Shown: positions 1 to 8,510 of the stretch, piece after piece
How positions within the stretch are numbered: the stretch's first letter is position 1
Layout of the letters: every line of letters starts with the position of its first letter
Origin: an uncultured delta proteobacterium
GTDB taxonomy: Bacteria > Desulfobacterota > Binatia > UBA9968
Length of the DNA: 64,000 nucleotides
Direction: 5' to 3'
NCBI GenBank assembly: GCA_963760795.1
Contig: CAVXEP010000016.1
Location: 32,001 to 96,000 of the forward strand
The notes under the pieces: model-generated
The model's input: the letters and a program-made list of their open reading frames with translations, nothing else
What the model was told of the DNA's origin: nothing
The model's database searches: none
Program-made: the position numbers and the translations under genes

Positions 1-613
1 GGGCCAACTCGCCTTGGCCTAATGTCCAGGTTCCCGCCACTTTTGCCGGCACGATCCACAGATGCGCGGTACACCAGGAGTTGCAGCCCGGTAAACTGGC
101 GGTTTCATCTGGTTTCCAATCACCCATGTCGAAGGTGTTCGAGGCGATGCGCGTGCCCGGTTTGAGATCGAGGATCTTCGGCCGTAGCTTCAGGTTGATG
201 CTGGAGAGCAGGAACATGGTGATCACCTGGGCCTGGGAAAAGTCGCTCTCGAAAAGATCGGCTTTAACGAAACTCGCTTTATCGCTCACGCCTTCCTTGG
301 CCGCCGCCTTTTTCGATAGCTCCACCATGTCGGGGTTGTATTCGATGCCCAGAGCCTTGGAACCGCGCTTGGCTGCTGTGATGACGGTGCGGCCGTCGCC
401 GGAACCGAGATCGATGACGTAATCCTTGGGCGTGACCTTGGCCATGTCGAGCATCTTGTCGACCAGACCTTGCGGCGTCGGCACCCAAATGACGTCTTTG
501 CCGTCTTGGCCGACCTGGGGCTGAAACTCTTCCGCGGCGCGCGCGGACTGTGCCGCGCTGAAAACTAGACAAAGTATTAAAGCTAACAATCGTATTGAAG
601 TATTCGCTGGCAT
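1..613 (-). CDS. Class I SAM-dependent methyltransferase with N-terminal signal peptide (3' end runs off the window)
   Basis: Not in ORF track. Manual translation from ATG at 613: MPANTSIRLLALILCLVFSAAQSARAAEEFQPQVGQDGKDVIWVPTPQGLVDKMLDMAKVTPKDYVIDLGSGDGRTVITAAKRG...GIEYN...ADLFESDFSQAQVITMFLL; SAM motif I DLGSGDG; GAGGAGAGG RBS upstream. Confidence 0.9.
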   Translation of the reverse strand, partial: MPANTSIRLLALILCLVFSAAQSARAAEEFQPQVGQDGKDVIWVPTPQGLVDKMLDMAKVTPKDYVIDLGSGDGRTVITAAKRGSKALGIEYNPDMVELSKKAAAKEGVSDKASFVKADLFESDFSQAQVITMFLLSSINLKLRPKILDLKPGTRIASNTFDMGDWKPDETASLPGCNSWCTAHLWIVPAKVAGTWTLGQGELA

Positions 614-705
614 GGCCTCTCCTCGTGAAGTATCTCGCTTTGCTACGGTCCACCTCAATACTCTAAGCAAACAAAAATGTCCAGGAAACCTCCGACCCGG
701 TCCGA

Positions 706-746
706 CGATTTGAACGGCTTGAACGTTTTGAACGACTGGAACGGCC
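706..746. repeat. 9-bp-period intergenic tandem repeat (TTGAACGnn / GTTCnAATC family)
   Basis: gatttgaacggcttgaacgttttgaacgactggaacgg. Confidence 0.8.
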
Positions 747-753
747 CAGGGTT

Positions 754-2040
754 CTAAGATTCTAATTGTCGGATCGCCGGGATGCGCCACGCGACCAGGG
801 CGGTGAGGACGATGACGATGGCGCCCATGATCGCGACCGTTGTTGGCGCGCCGAGGAAGTGCGCCGATGTGCCGGCGAATAGCGCGCCCAGCGGCATGAA
901 GCCGCGGTCGAGCATGTAGAGACTCAACACCCGGCCGCGCAGTTCATCGGGGACGATCATTTGCAGCATGGTGGCGGTGCTGGCGAGGAAAAACATCTGA
1001 AATATACCGACGATTACCAACGTCACCAAAGCCAGCGGAAACCAAGTGATCTGCGAGAACAGGATGATCGCGGCGCCGAGGACGAAAATGCTGCCGACCA
1101 AAAAGCGCCCCTGCCTCTTGATGCGGTTGCCCATCGAGGCCAAGGTCAAAATTGCTATTACGGCGCCGATACCGGGGGCGGCCATCAGCAAGCCCAATCC
1201 TTCCGGACCGATCTTGAGCACGTCCTTTTGAAACACCGGCATGAGCGTCTGGTAGGGCACGGCGAATATCCGCGGCACGTAAGCGAGCGCCATGAGGGCG
1301 AACACCGCCGGCGTCGACCAGACGTAAGCGAAACCCTCTTTGAGATTGGCCAGAGCTGAAGTGTGTCTGGCTTCGGCCCGCTGGGGCGGGACATTCATTC
1401 TATAAATCATCCACAGCACGCCGGCGTAGGCCACAGCTTGGACGAAAAAATTCTCGGCCGCGCCAACCCAGGCGATCAGCGCTCCGCCCAACGCCGGGCC
1501 TAGCACTTTCATCATATTGAAGCCGCCGGAGTTGATCGCCACGGCGTTGGCCAGCTCGTCTTTGGGCACCGAGCTGGGAATCAAACTCATGCGCACCGGC
1601 TCGGTGATGGTCCAAGCGATGCCGGTGATCAGTGTGAAAACAAAAATATGCCAGACATGCAGGTAAGGCGACCAGACCAAGCCGCCGAAGATGACGGCGG
1701 TGGCGATCAGCACCCATTGAGTGCCGATCAAGAGTTTTCTCCGGTCCATGCGATCGGCGGCAACCCCCGCCATCGGTCCGGTGACTAAAAACGGCAGCGC
1801 GCGCAGACCGTTGAGAGCGCCGAGAAGCACCGAATTGCCGGTGAGATCGTAGATCAGCCAGCCCAATGTGACTTGCTGCACCCATTGGCCGGCGCTCATC
1901 ATCACCGTGCCAGTCCAGAGATAACGAAAGTCGGCGTGGCGCAGCGACGAAAAGGTGCGCAAGCGAGCGCGTGCTGGAGTTGCTGTGGTTGCGGTGTCGA
2001 GCGGCGCTGTTAGTTCATCGTCCAAGTGTCTAGTTTCCAA
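754..2040 (-). CDS. MFS transporter (DHA3/MFS_3-like)
   Basis: About 12 hydrophobic segments, motif A GVAADRMDRRK, C-terminal PDELRGRV; start uncertain. Confidence 0.9.
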   Translation of the reverse strand: METRHLDDELTAPLDTATTATPARARLRTFSSLRHADFRYLWTGTVMMSAGQWVQQVTLGWLIYDLTGNSVLLGALNGLRALPFLVTGPMAGVAADRMDRRKLLIGTQWVLIATAVIFGGLVWSPYLHVWHIFVFTLITGIAWTITEPVRMSLIPSSVPKDELANAVAINSGGFNMMKVLGPALGGALIAWVGAAENFFVQAVAYAGVLWMIYRMNVPPQRAEARHTSALANLKEGFAYVWSTPAVFALMALAYVPRIFAVPYQTLMPVFQKDVLKIGPEGLGLLMAAPGIGAVIAILTLASMGNRIKRQGRFLVGSIFVLGAAIILFSQITWFPLALVTLVIVGIFQMFFLASTATMLQMIVPDELRGRVLSLYMLDRGFMPLGALFAGTSAHFLGAPTTVAIMGAIVIVLTALVAWRIPAIRQLES

Positions 2041-2225
2041 AACCGTATAGTATCATGAATTTTAATAAGTTCACTTCGTTCGAGAAAATCATCTCTGCTT
2101 TCCCGACCCTTGCGGGCTCGGCATCGCTCGGCCTTTGCCAAATACATCGGGTTGGGAGCACTCGTGGCTCTCGCTTGCGGCGATGCCACTCCGATGGGTT
2201 CTGTATCGCCTTGGCGGCGATTATT

Positions 2226-3267
2226 TCATTGCAGCGCGTAGAATCGTTTGGCGTTCTCACTGAGGATTTTGCGCTTGGCTTGCTCGGATAAATCCCGGCG
2301 GTGCCAGAACTCGGGGATGTCGACGGCGAATTCGCCGGCTTGGCGTTCGTGGGGGAAGTCGGTCGGGATACATGACATGATCTTCGCCGAGTTCGCGGAC
2401 GACGGCGTCGAGAGTCTTTTCGTCGGTTTCGCAGGTGACATAGATGTTGCCGCGTTTGAAGTATTCGCTCGGTTTGATGCTCAGTGGAAAATGTTTGCGC
2501 TTGCGGTCGATGTGAAACTTTTCGTCCATGCGGTCCATCATGTAGGGAATCCAACCGGCGCCGGCTTCGAGAAAGCCAACTCTCAGCTTGGGAAATAAAT
2601 CGAACACGCCGTCCAGGACCACGCTGGTGAGCTGGATCATCTGCGCCAGCGGATGTTCGAGGGTGTGGATCATCGACATGGTCTGCAAAAAATCGAAGCC
2701 CAAGCCGCGGCTAACGGCGCCGTGCACGGTCAGCGGCACGTTGAGCGCTTCGGCTTCCTTGTAGATCGGGTGAAAGTCTTGGTGGCCGTAGCCTTTGTTG
2801 AGCATCGTCACCGCCGGCAGCAGGCCGGCGACCATGCCGAGTTCTTTGACCGCGCGGCGCAGTTCGCTGGCCGCTTCTTGCGGGTTGTGCACCGGCAGCA
2901 TGGCGACGCCTTTCAAGCGCGGGTCGACTTTGCAGTAGCGATCGGCGAGCCAGTTGTTGTACATGCGCGCGACCACGCATGCCCAATCGGGATCTTGGAT
3001 AAGACCGAAGGAGAGGCCGGCGGTGGGATAGAGCACGGCGGCGCTGATCTGCGAACCATCGATGAACTCGATCCACTCCTTGGCGGAGATGCGCGTGACT
3101 TTATTCAAGCCGCGGACGAAGCCGCGCGGCCAACCGTCGAGGGAGGGAAAGATCGAAAAAACTCCCGAGCGCCGGTGGCCGGTGTAGTCGCCGTCGAAGT
3201 ATTCTTCCAGTTCCGCGTCGGTCTCCAAGACGTGACCGTCGGCGTCTATGACTTCTACTCCGTCCAT
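2226..3267 (-). CDS. Amidohydrolase_2 family metalloenzyme (frameshift near 2365)
   Basis: MDGVEVIDADGH..., LTVHG, FLEAGAGW; C-terminus continues in another frame as (Y)PTDFPHE...KILSENAKRFY; extra C in a CCC run. Confidence 0.9.
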
Positions 3268-3520
3268 CGCGGGCGTTCTCCTGGCAAGAAAATCTGCAGA
3301 GCCCTGGCTTAGCATCCGGGCACAATTTTTGTCAACGCAGGGACGTGCGGCAAATCTATCATGCAAGTGAAAGCAGAATCCAGATTCAACTCGGCGAGAA
3401 TAAACCTGAATTACCGTGTCGGCGAGAAGGACGGTTTAGGGAATCCTGATGTTGCTTGGCGTTGACAGCGCTTGGAAGCGCGTGCTTTAACGGGTCAATC
3501 GTATACTTCGGAGAACGCCG

Positions 3521-3637
3521 GTGATCGACGGTTATCAAATCTATGACGCTGATGCCCACGTCAATGTGGCGCCGCAGATGTGGGAAGATCTGCCCAAGGA
3601 GTTCGCGGTGGCAGAAGCAGAGGATCTTATACAATAA
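3521..3637 (+). pseudogene. Truncated Amidohydrolase_2 N-terminal relic (38 aa)
   Basis: GGAGA RBS then GTG: VIDGYQIYDADAHVNVAPQMWEDLPKEFAVAEAEDLIQ*; matches the N-terminus of the 49099-50258 protein (MLQGYRVFDADAHGSINPSMWEDLP). Confidence 0.8.
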
Positions 3638-3681
3638 TCCGATTCGGCTATTTGGCGAAGTGTGAGGCTGCTTCCTGACTC

Positions 3682-3809
3682 CGTCATTCTCGCGTACGCG
3701 GGAATTCAGGTGACGGACAGTGTCCGTCATACCGTTGAAAAACGGTATCTAGGTTGAGGGGATGGACCCCGGTCGTCACCGGGGTGACGATAGAACGGGA
3801 ATGACGGAT
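3682..3809. repeat. Nested REP/MITE-like palindromic element, copy 1
   Basis: Outer arms CCGTCATT...AATGACGG enclose GTCATACCGTTGAAAAACGGTATC and GGACCCCGGTCGTCACCGGGGTGAC; reverse complement recurs at 19871-19997. Confidence 0.85.
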
Positions 3810-3835
3810 AGGCGGGTGACTTTCAGTGAAACTGA

Positions 3836-4825
3836 ATGAGGTACGTCATGTTGCGTAGAACTAAAGCAGTTCAACTAATCTATCTGCTACCAGCGCTTTG
3901 GATTTTGCTTAGCTCTGTCCAAGCGCCGGCCCAGACTCACGTCAAGATCGGCATCGTCAGTCCGACCTTCGGGCATGCGCCATTTTACGTCGCGCGGGAG
4001 AAGGGATTCTTTAGGGCTGAAGGCTTGGTCGGTGAAGTGATCGTCATGAATCGGGATGACCTGATCTTGCAATCGTTAGTTGCCGACTCGATCCAGTTCG
4101 GCAATATTTCTCCCGGCGCATTTTTCCCGGCAAGGGATCAGGGTCTCACGGATCTCAAGATTATCGCCGGTTCGTTTAACGGCACGACCTATTCGATCAT
4201 TGCCAATGCGAAATTTAAAAGCCTAGAGCAGCTCAAGGGAGCGAAGCTGGCGGTCTCCAGCTTGCAGGCCGGTTCGACGCAAGTTTTGAAATACATCCTT
4301 AAACAGCGTGGTCTGGTTTATCCGCGTGATTATAACTTGATCCGCGCCGGTGGCACGACGCTGCGATGGGCGGCGTTGCAAACGCAGCAAGTTGACGGCG
4401 CGATTTTAGCGGAACCCGTAAGTGTCATCGCGGTGGAGAAGGGTTTCGTCAATTTGGGCGACGCCTATAAGTTGGTACCGGGATATATGCTAGCTGGCGT
4501 ATTCGTCCGCGAAGGGTGGGCGGCGAAGAACAAGGATCTGACACTGCGTTTTCTGCGCGCGTTTCACAACGCGTTAAAGTGGTTACACGACAACCGCGCT
4601 GAGGCGCTCGATCTCTTGCCGAAGATCACCACTCTGCAAAAGCAGTATGTGCAGAGCGCTTGGGAGACTTATACCAAAGCCGTTTGGCCGCGCGACGGAC
4701 GGGCGAGCGCCAAAGGCCTGCAGCTAGTGATCGACATGGTGGTTGAAGAGGGATTGCTCAAGAAGCCGGTGAAGCCCGAGGACGTGATCGATCATTCCTA
4801 CTTGCAGGAGATTGGCGCGCGCTAA
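3836..4825 (+). CDS. ABC-type substrate-binding protein, NMT1/THI5/SsuA-like
   Basis: Signal peptide, APFYVAREKGFFRAEGL, LEQLKGAKLAVSS, C-terminal DVIDHSYL. Confidence 0.9.
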   Translation: MRYVMLRRTKAVQLIYLLPALWILLSSVQAPAQTHVKIGIVSPTFGHAPFYVAREKGFFRAEGLVGEVIVMNRDDLILQSLVADSIQFGNISPGAFFPARDQGLTDLKIIAGSFNGTTYSIIANAKFKSLEQLKGAKLAVSSLQAGSTQVLKYILKQRGLVYPRDYNLIRAGGTTLRWAALQTQQVDGAILAEPVSVIAVEKGFVNLGDAYKLVPGYMLAGVFVREGWAAKNKDLTLRFLRAFHNALKWLHDNRAEALDLLPKITTLQKQYVQSAWETYTKAVWPRDGRASAKGLQLVIDMVVEEGLLKKPVKPEDVIDHSYLQEIGAR

Positions 4826-4830
4826 TTATT

Positions 4831-5013
4831 TGTTCAAGTCGTTCCAATCGTTCAAGCGGTTCCAATCGTTCGGTCGATTTTGACTGTTGTGGCACGTTTG
4901 TATTAAGAGTGGATATGAAAACACGGAGGTGACCATGGAATTGGCGAGGCATCCGGCGCAGAAAATGTGTGGCCGCGTTAGGGTTCAAGGTTCAAAAGTT
5001 CAACGGTTCAAGG
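4831..5013. repeat. Two short-period GTTCAA/GTTCCAATC tandem tracts
   Basis: gttcaagtcgttccaatcgttcaagcggttccaatcgttc (4831-4871) and gggttcaaggttcaaaagttcaacggttcaagg (4981-5013). Confidence 0.75.
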
Positions 5014-5088
5014 TCAGAAATTCAGCTTGGTTTATTCGTGAAAAACATTGTTTACTCCTTTCACCGTCTTGGAGGCTGTGACGCAACT

Positions 5089-5169
5089 GTCATTCCGAGG
5101 CGAAGCCGAGGAATCTCGTCTTCGTAAGTGGCAGACAAGACGAGATCCTTCGCTACACTCAGGATGACA
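5089..5169. repeat. REP-like doublet (GTCATTCCGAG...GAATCTC / GAGATCCTTCG...GATGAC)
   Basis: Inverted arms; related copy at 56449-56528. Confidence 0.75.
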
Positions 5170-5259
5170 GAACTCGGACTTCCGCGCATTGCTCCACAGT
5201 CTCTCTAGGGAGAAACGGTGGGATGGGGCGAGGCTATTTTCCAATCGGAGGGGATCATC

Positions 5260-6343
5260 ATGGGAATCATAGACGCCGATACGCATATCGATGAAACCGA
5301 GGACACTTGGGAGTTCATGACGGGCGACGATCTCAGGTTCAAACCGACGACACAGTACCCCGCCAATCCCGATCCGACCAAAGTTCCCGACCCGTTATTG
5401 GCTGATCGATGGGCGGCGCCAGCTGCGTTTTATCCGCGGCGACGAAGAATCGGGGACGGTGGTGGAATCGCGGGAACTGCTGGATGTCCAAGTCCGGCTC
5501 AAACATATGGACCAGCTCGGCACCGATATTCAAGTCATCTACCCGACGGTTTTTCTCATGGAGGCGACCGAGAAGCCCGAAGTCGCCAGCGCGCTGCGCC
5601 GTAGCTACAACCGCTGGCTTGCCGATCGCTGTGGGCGATCGGCTGGCCGGTTGCGCTGGGTGTGCCTGCCGCCGCTGCATAATATGGACGAGACCGTCAA
5701 AGAGCTGCGCTTCGCCAAAGAGCATGGCGCGTGCGGCGTCTTGAAGAAGGGCGATCGCGAGGCCGACAAATGGATCACCGATCCGTACTTTCTGCCGCTT
5801 TACGCAGAGGCGGAAAAGCTCGACCTGCCGATCTGCATTCATACCGGTTCGGGTATCCCGGATTTTTCGCCGGCGCGGGATTTTTCTCTAGCGCAGTTCT
5901 GGCGCACTAAAGCCGCGGCGGTCAACGGTATCGAGACCTTGATCGTCAACAACATTCCGGCGCAGTTTCCCAAGCTGCGTTTCGGCTGCATCGAAGCGGG
6001 CGCTTCGTGGGTCAACTTTGTCGATTATGACCTGCGCCGGCGGATGAAGTCGCGCACTGGGCGGGTGAGCGTCCTGGGCGGTCCGCCGACGATAATCAAG
6101 AGCAATGTCTACCAAGAAAACCGCATCTACGTCACCTGTCAGGTCGATGAAGATTTGCCGTACATCCTGCAATATGTCGGCGAGGACAATCTGATCGTCG
6201 GCTCCGACTACACGCACCGCGATCCGTCGATGGAGTTGGAGTTTCGTACACTATTGCAGCAACGAGCCGACCGGGGCGAGATTCCAAAGACGGCGGTGGA
6301 GAAGATCCTCTATGATAATCCCAAAGCGTTCTACGGGTTATAG
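5260..6343 (+). CDS. Amidohydrolase_2 family metalloenzyme (frameshift near 5386), tandem paralogue A
   Basis: MGIIDADTHIDE... joins ORF 5459-6343 after removing one base in gttcccgacccg (paralogue reads KLPPARYW); CIHTG, CIEAG, GSDYTHRD. Confidence 0.9.
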
Positions 6344-6454
6344 ATGATTTGACGGCGCCGCCGGGGAACGGGTGGCTAGCTTGCCGCTCTTTAAAAACCC
6401 GCCGATCCGTATTAAGCAATGAAGAAACTAATCCAATCGTAAGGAGAAGCCACC

Positions 6455-7543
6455 GTGCGCATAATTGACGCTGACACACATATCGACGAAACCGATGCCA
6501 CTTGGGAGTTCATGACGAGCGGCGATCTGGCCTACAAGCCGACGACCGCTTATCCATCCAACCCCGATCCGAAACTGCCGCCGGCGCGCTATTGGGTGAT
6601 CGAGGGCAAGCGGCAAGTGCGCTTCATCCGCAGTGACAAGGATTCCGGTACCACCGTTGAGACCCGCGAACTGCTCGACGTCAACGCCCGGCTCAAACAT
6701 ATGGATGAGCTCGGCACCGATATTCAGGTGATTTATCCGACCTTGTTTCTAATGGAAGCGTCGGAGAATCCCGAGGCGAGCACGGCGACGCGGAAAAGCT
6801 ACAATCGCTGGTTGGGCGAGCGTTGCAGTCATTCGGGCGGCCGCCTGCGCTGGGCATGCATGCCGCCGGTGCAGAAAATCGATTCGGTGCTGGAGGAGCT
6901 GACCTGGGCGAAAGAGCATGGCGCCTGCGGCGTCGTGAAAAAAGGCGACCGCGAAGCTGGGAAATATCCCGCCGATCCCTATTTCGAACCGCTTTATGCG
7001 GCGGCGGAAAAACTCGATCTGCCGATCTGCATTCATACCGGCTCCGGCATTCCAGATTTTTCGCCGGCGCGGGAGTTCTCCCATGGCCAGTTTATGCGCA
7101 CCAAAGGGGCGGCGATCAACGGTGTGCTCGGATTGGTCTTGCACAAGATCCCGATGAAGTTCCCCAAGCTGCGCATCGGCTGTATCGAGGCCGGATCCAT
7201 GTGGACGCCGTTCGTGGCTTACGATTTGAAACGGCAGGCGATCAAGCAGCAGGGGCGCGAGTCGGTGGGTGTTCTCGGCGTGCCGCTGATCGATATTTCA
7301 ACCAATGTCTTCAAGGACAACCGGATCTGGGTCACCTGCCAGGTGGACGAGGACTTGCCGCTAATCCTCAAAACCGTCGGCGAGGATAATCTCATGGTCG
7401 GTTCGGACTATACCCACCGTGATCCGTCGATGGAGCTGGAATTTCGCAAAGAGTTGCAAGCCCGCGCCGACAAGGGCGACATCCCGCAGGCGGCGATTCA
7501 GAAAATTCTCTACGACAATCCGAAGGCGTTCTATGCGCTATAG
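6455..7543 (+). CDS. Amidohydrolase_2 family metalloenzyme, tandem paralogue B
   Basis: IIDADTHIDE, LPICIHTGSG, CIEAG, VGSDYTHRD, KILYDNPKAFY; AAGGAG RBS. Confidence 0.93.
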   Translation: MRIIDADTHIDETDATWEFMTSGDLAYKPTTAYPSNPDPKLPPARYWVIEGKRQVRFIRSDKDSGTTVETRELLDVNARLKHMDELGTDIQVIYPTLFLMEASENPEASTATRKSYNRWLGERCSHSGGRLRWACMPPVQKIDSVLEELTWAKEHGACGVVKKGDREAGKYPADPYFEPLYAAAEKLDLPICIHTGSGIPDFSPAREFSHGQFMRTKGAAINGVLGLVLHKIPMKFPKLRIGCIEAGSMWTPFVAYDLKRQAIKQQGRESVGVLGVPLIDISTNVFKDNRIWVTCQVDEDLPLILKTVGEDNLMVGSDYTHRDPSMELEFRKELQARADKGDIPQAAIQKILYDNPKAFYAL

Positions 7544-7572
7544 TCTTAAATTAGTATCTATGAAGCACACTC

Positions 7573-7650
7573 CGTCATGCCGGCGAAAGCCGGCATCCAT
7601 CTTCGCTTCTCCGACAATAACCCTGGATTCCGGCCTGCGCCGGAATGACG
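7573..7650. repeat. REP/RPE-like palindromic doublet
   Basis: CGTCATGCCGGCGAAAGCCGGCATCCA ... TGGATTCCGGCCTGCGCCGGAATGACG. Confidence 0.85.
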
Positions 7651-7744
7651 AAATGAATAAGAGAGCGTATAGCGTATTAAGTTGTGACACAGTGAGGTGC
7701 GGTTGATGTTAACTATGGCAAATTTAACAGGAGGAGGACATTAA

Positions 7745-8296
7745 ATGATTGTTCTCAGCCCGGAAGGGAAAGCGCAGACCTCGGCGGCGAAAATCGCGGG
7801 TATCGCCCAGTTCACCGATCTGCGCGGCAAAGTAGTGGGGCTGCTCGATAACAGCAAACCCAACGCCGACAAGCTGGCGGAGCGTTTCGCGGAATTGTTG
7901 AAAGAAAGATACGGCGTCGCCGGCCTGATCACGCGGCGTAAGCTGACCGCCCAGCAAGGAGCGCCCAAACAGTATCTCGACGAGCTCGCGTCGCAAGCCG
8001 ACTTCGTCATTTGCGGCCTCGGTGATTGAGGCTCCTGCACGTCGTGGAGTGTCCACGACTCACTCGAGATCCAAAAGCGCGGACGGTTCGCGATCACACT
8101 GATCACCCACGCCTTCATCGCATTGGCAAAGTCCGAAAAGGAAGCTTTCGGCGCGCCGGATCATCCGGTGCTGGTCGTGCGGCATCCCATCGGCACGGTC
8201 AAGATCGAAGATGTGAATGAAAAGGCCGACGCGGCGTTCGATCAGTTGGTAAATATTCTGCTTGCGCCCGAGGCGGCGCGAGCGAAGGTCGCCTAG
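7745..8296 (+). CDS. UGSC-family selenoprotein (183 aa, Sec at TGA 8027-8029)
   Basis: AGGAGGAGG RBS; N-half LRGKVVGLLDNSKPNAD...FVICGLGD, then TGA GGC TCC TGC = U-G-S-C; frame stays open for 88 more codons (TSWSVHDSLEIQKRG...PVLVVRHPIG...AKVA*); SECIS-like hairpin 11 nt downstream. Confidence 0.93.
8041..8059 (+). promoter_or_regulatory. Putative bacterial SECIS hairpin
   Basis: GTCGTGGA-GTG-TCCACGAC perfect 8-bp stem with G-containing apical loop, beginning 11 nt after the UGA. Confidence 0.8.
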
Positions 8297-8304
8297 CAAA
8301 GATA

Positions 8305-8335
8305 GTTTCAAGTTTCGGGTTTCGAGTTTCGTGTT
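8305..8335. repeat. 7-bp-period tandem repeat (GTTTCnn)
   Basis: gtttcaagtttcgggtttcgagtttcgtgtt. Confidence 0.6.
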
Positions 8336-8387
8336 GAACCACGGACTCGGAATCCGAGACTTTTTGTTTTGTATCTGTTCCTAAGTT

Positions 8388-8471
8388 CGTCATACCGGCG
8401 AAAGCCGGTATCCATCTTGGTCTTCGGTTCGCCGGCAACAAACCTGGATTCCCGCTTTCGCGGGAATGACG
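8388..8471. repeat. REP/RPE-like palindromic doublet
   Basis: CGTCATACCGGCGAAAGCCGGTATCCA ... TGGATTCCCGCTTTCGCGGGAATGACG. Confidence 0.85.
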
Positions 8472-8510
8472 AATAGAAATTTCGAGTCTATTCTTGAAGG
8501 GTGGAATTCT

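Noticed and set aside
4758-4988. Short ORFs containing LERLERFERLE-like peptides (also 9021-9773, 14393-14656, 55157-55590)
   Set aside because: They are translations of the 9-bp intergenic repeats or antisense shadows of real genes
7745-8029. 94-aa ORF as a complete protein, or a nonsense pseudogene
   Set aside because: The TGA sits in a U-x-x-C motif, the frame continues to 8296 and a SECIS-like hairpin follows; Sec read-through explains it better
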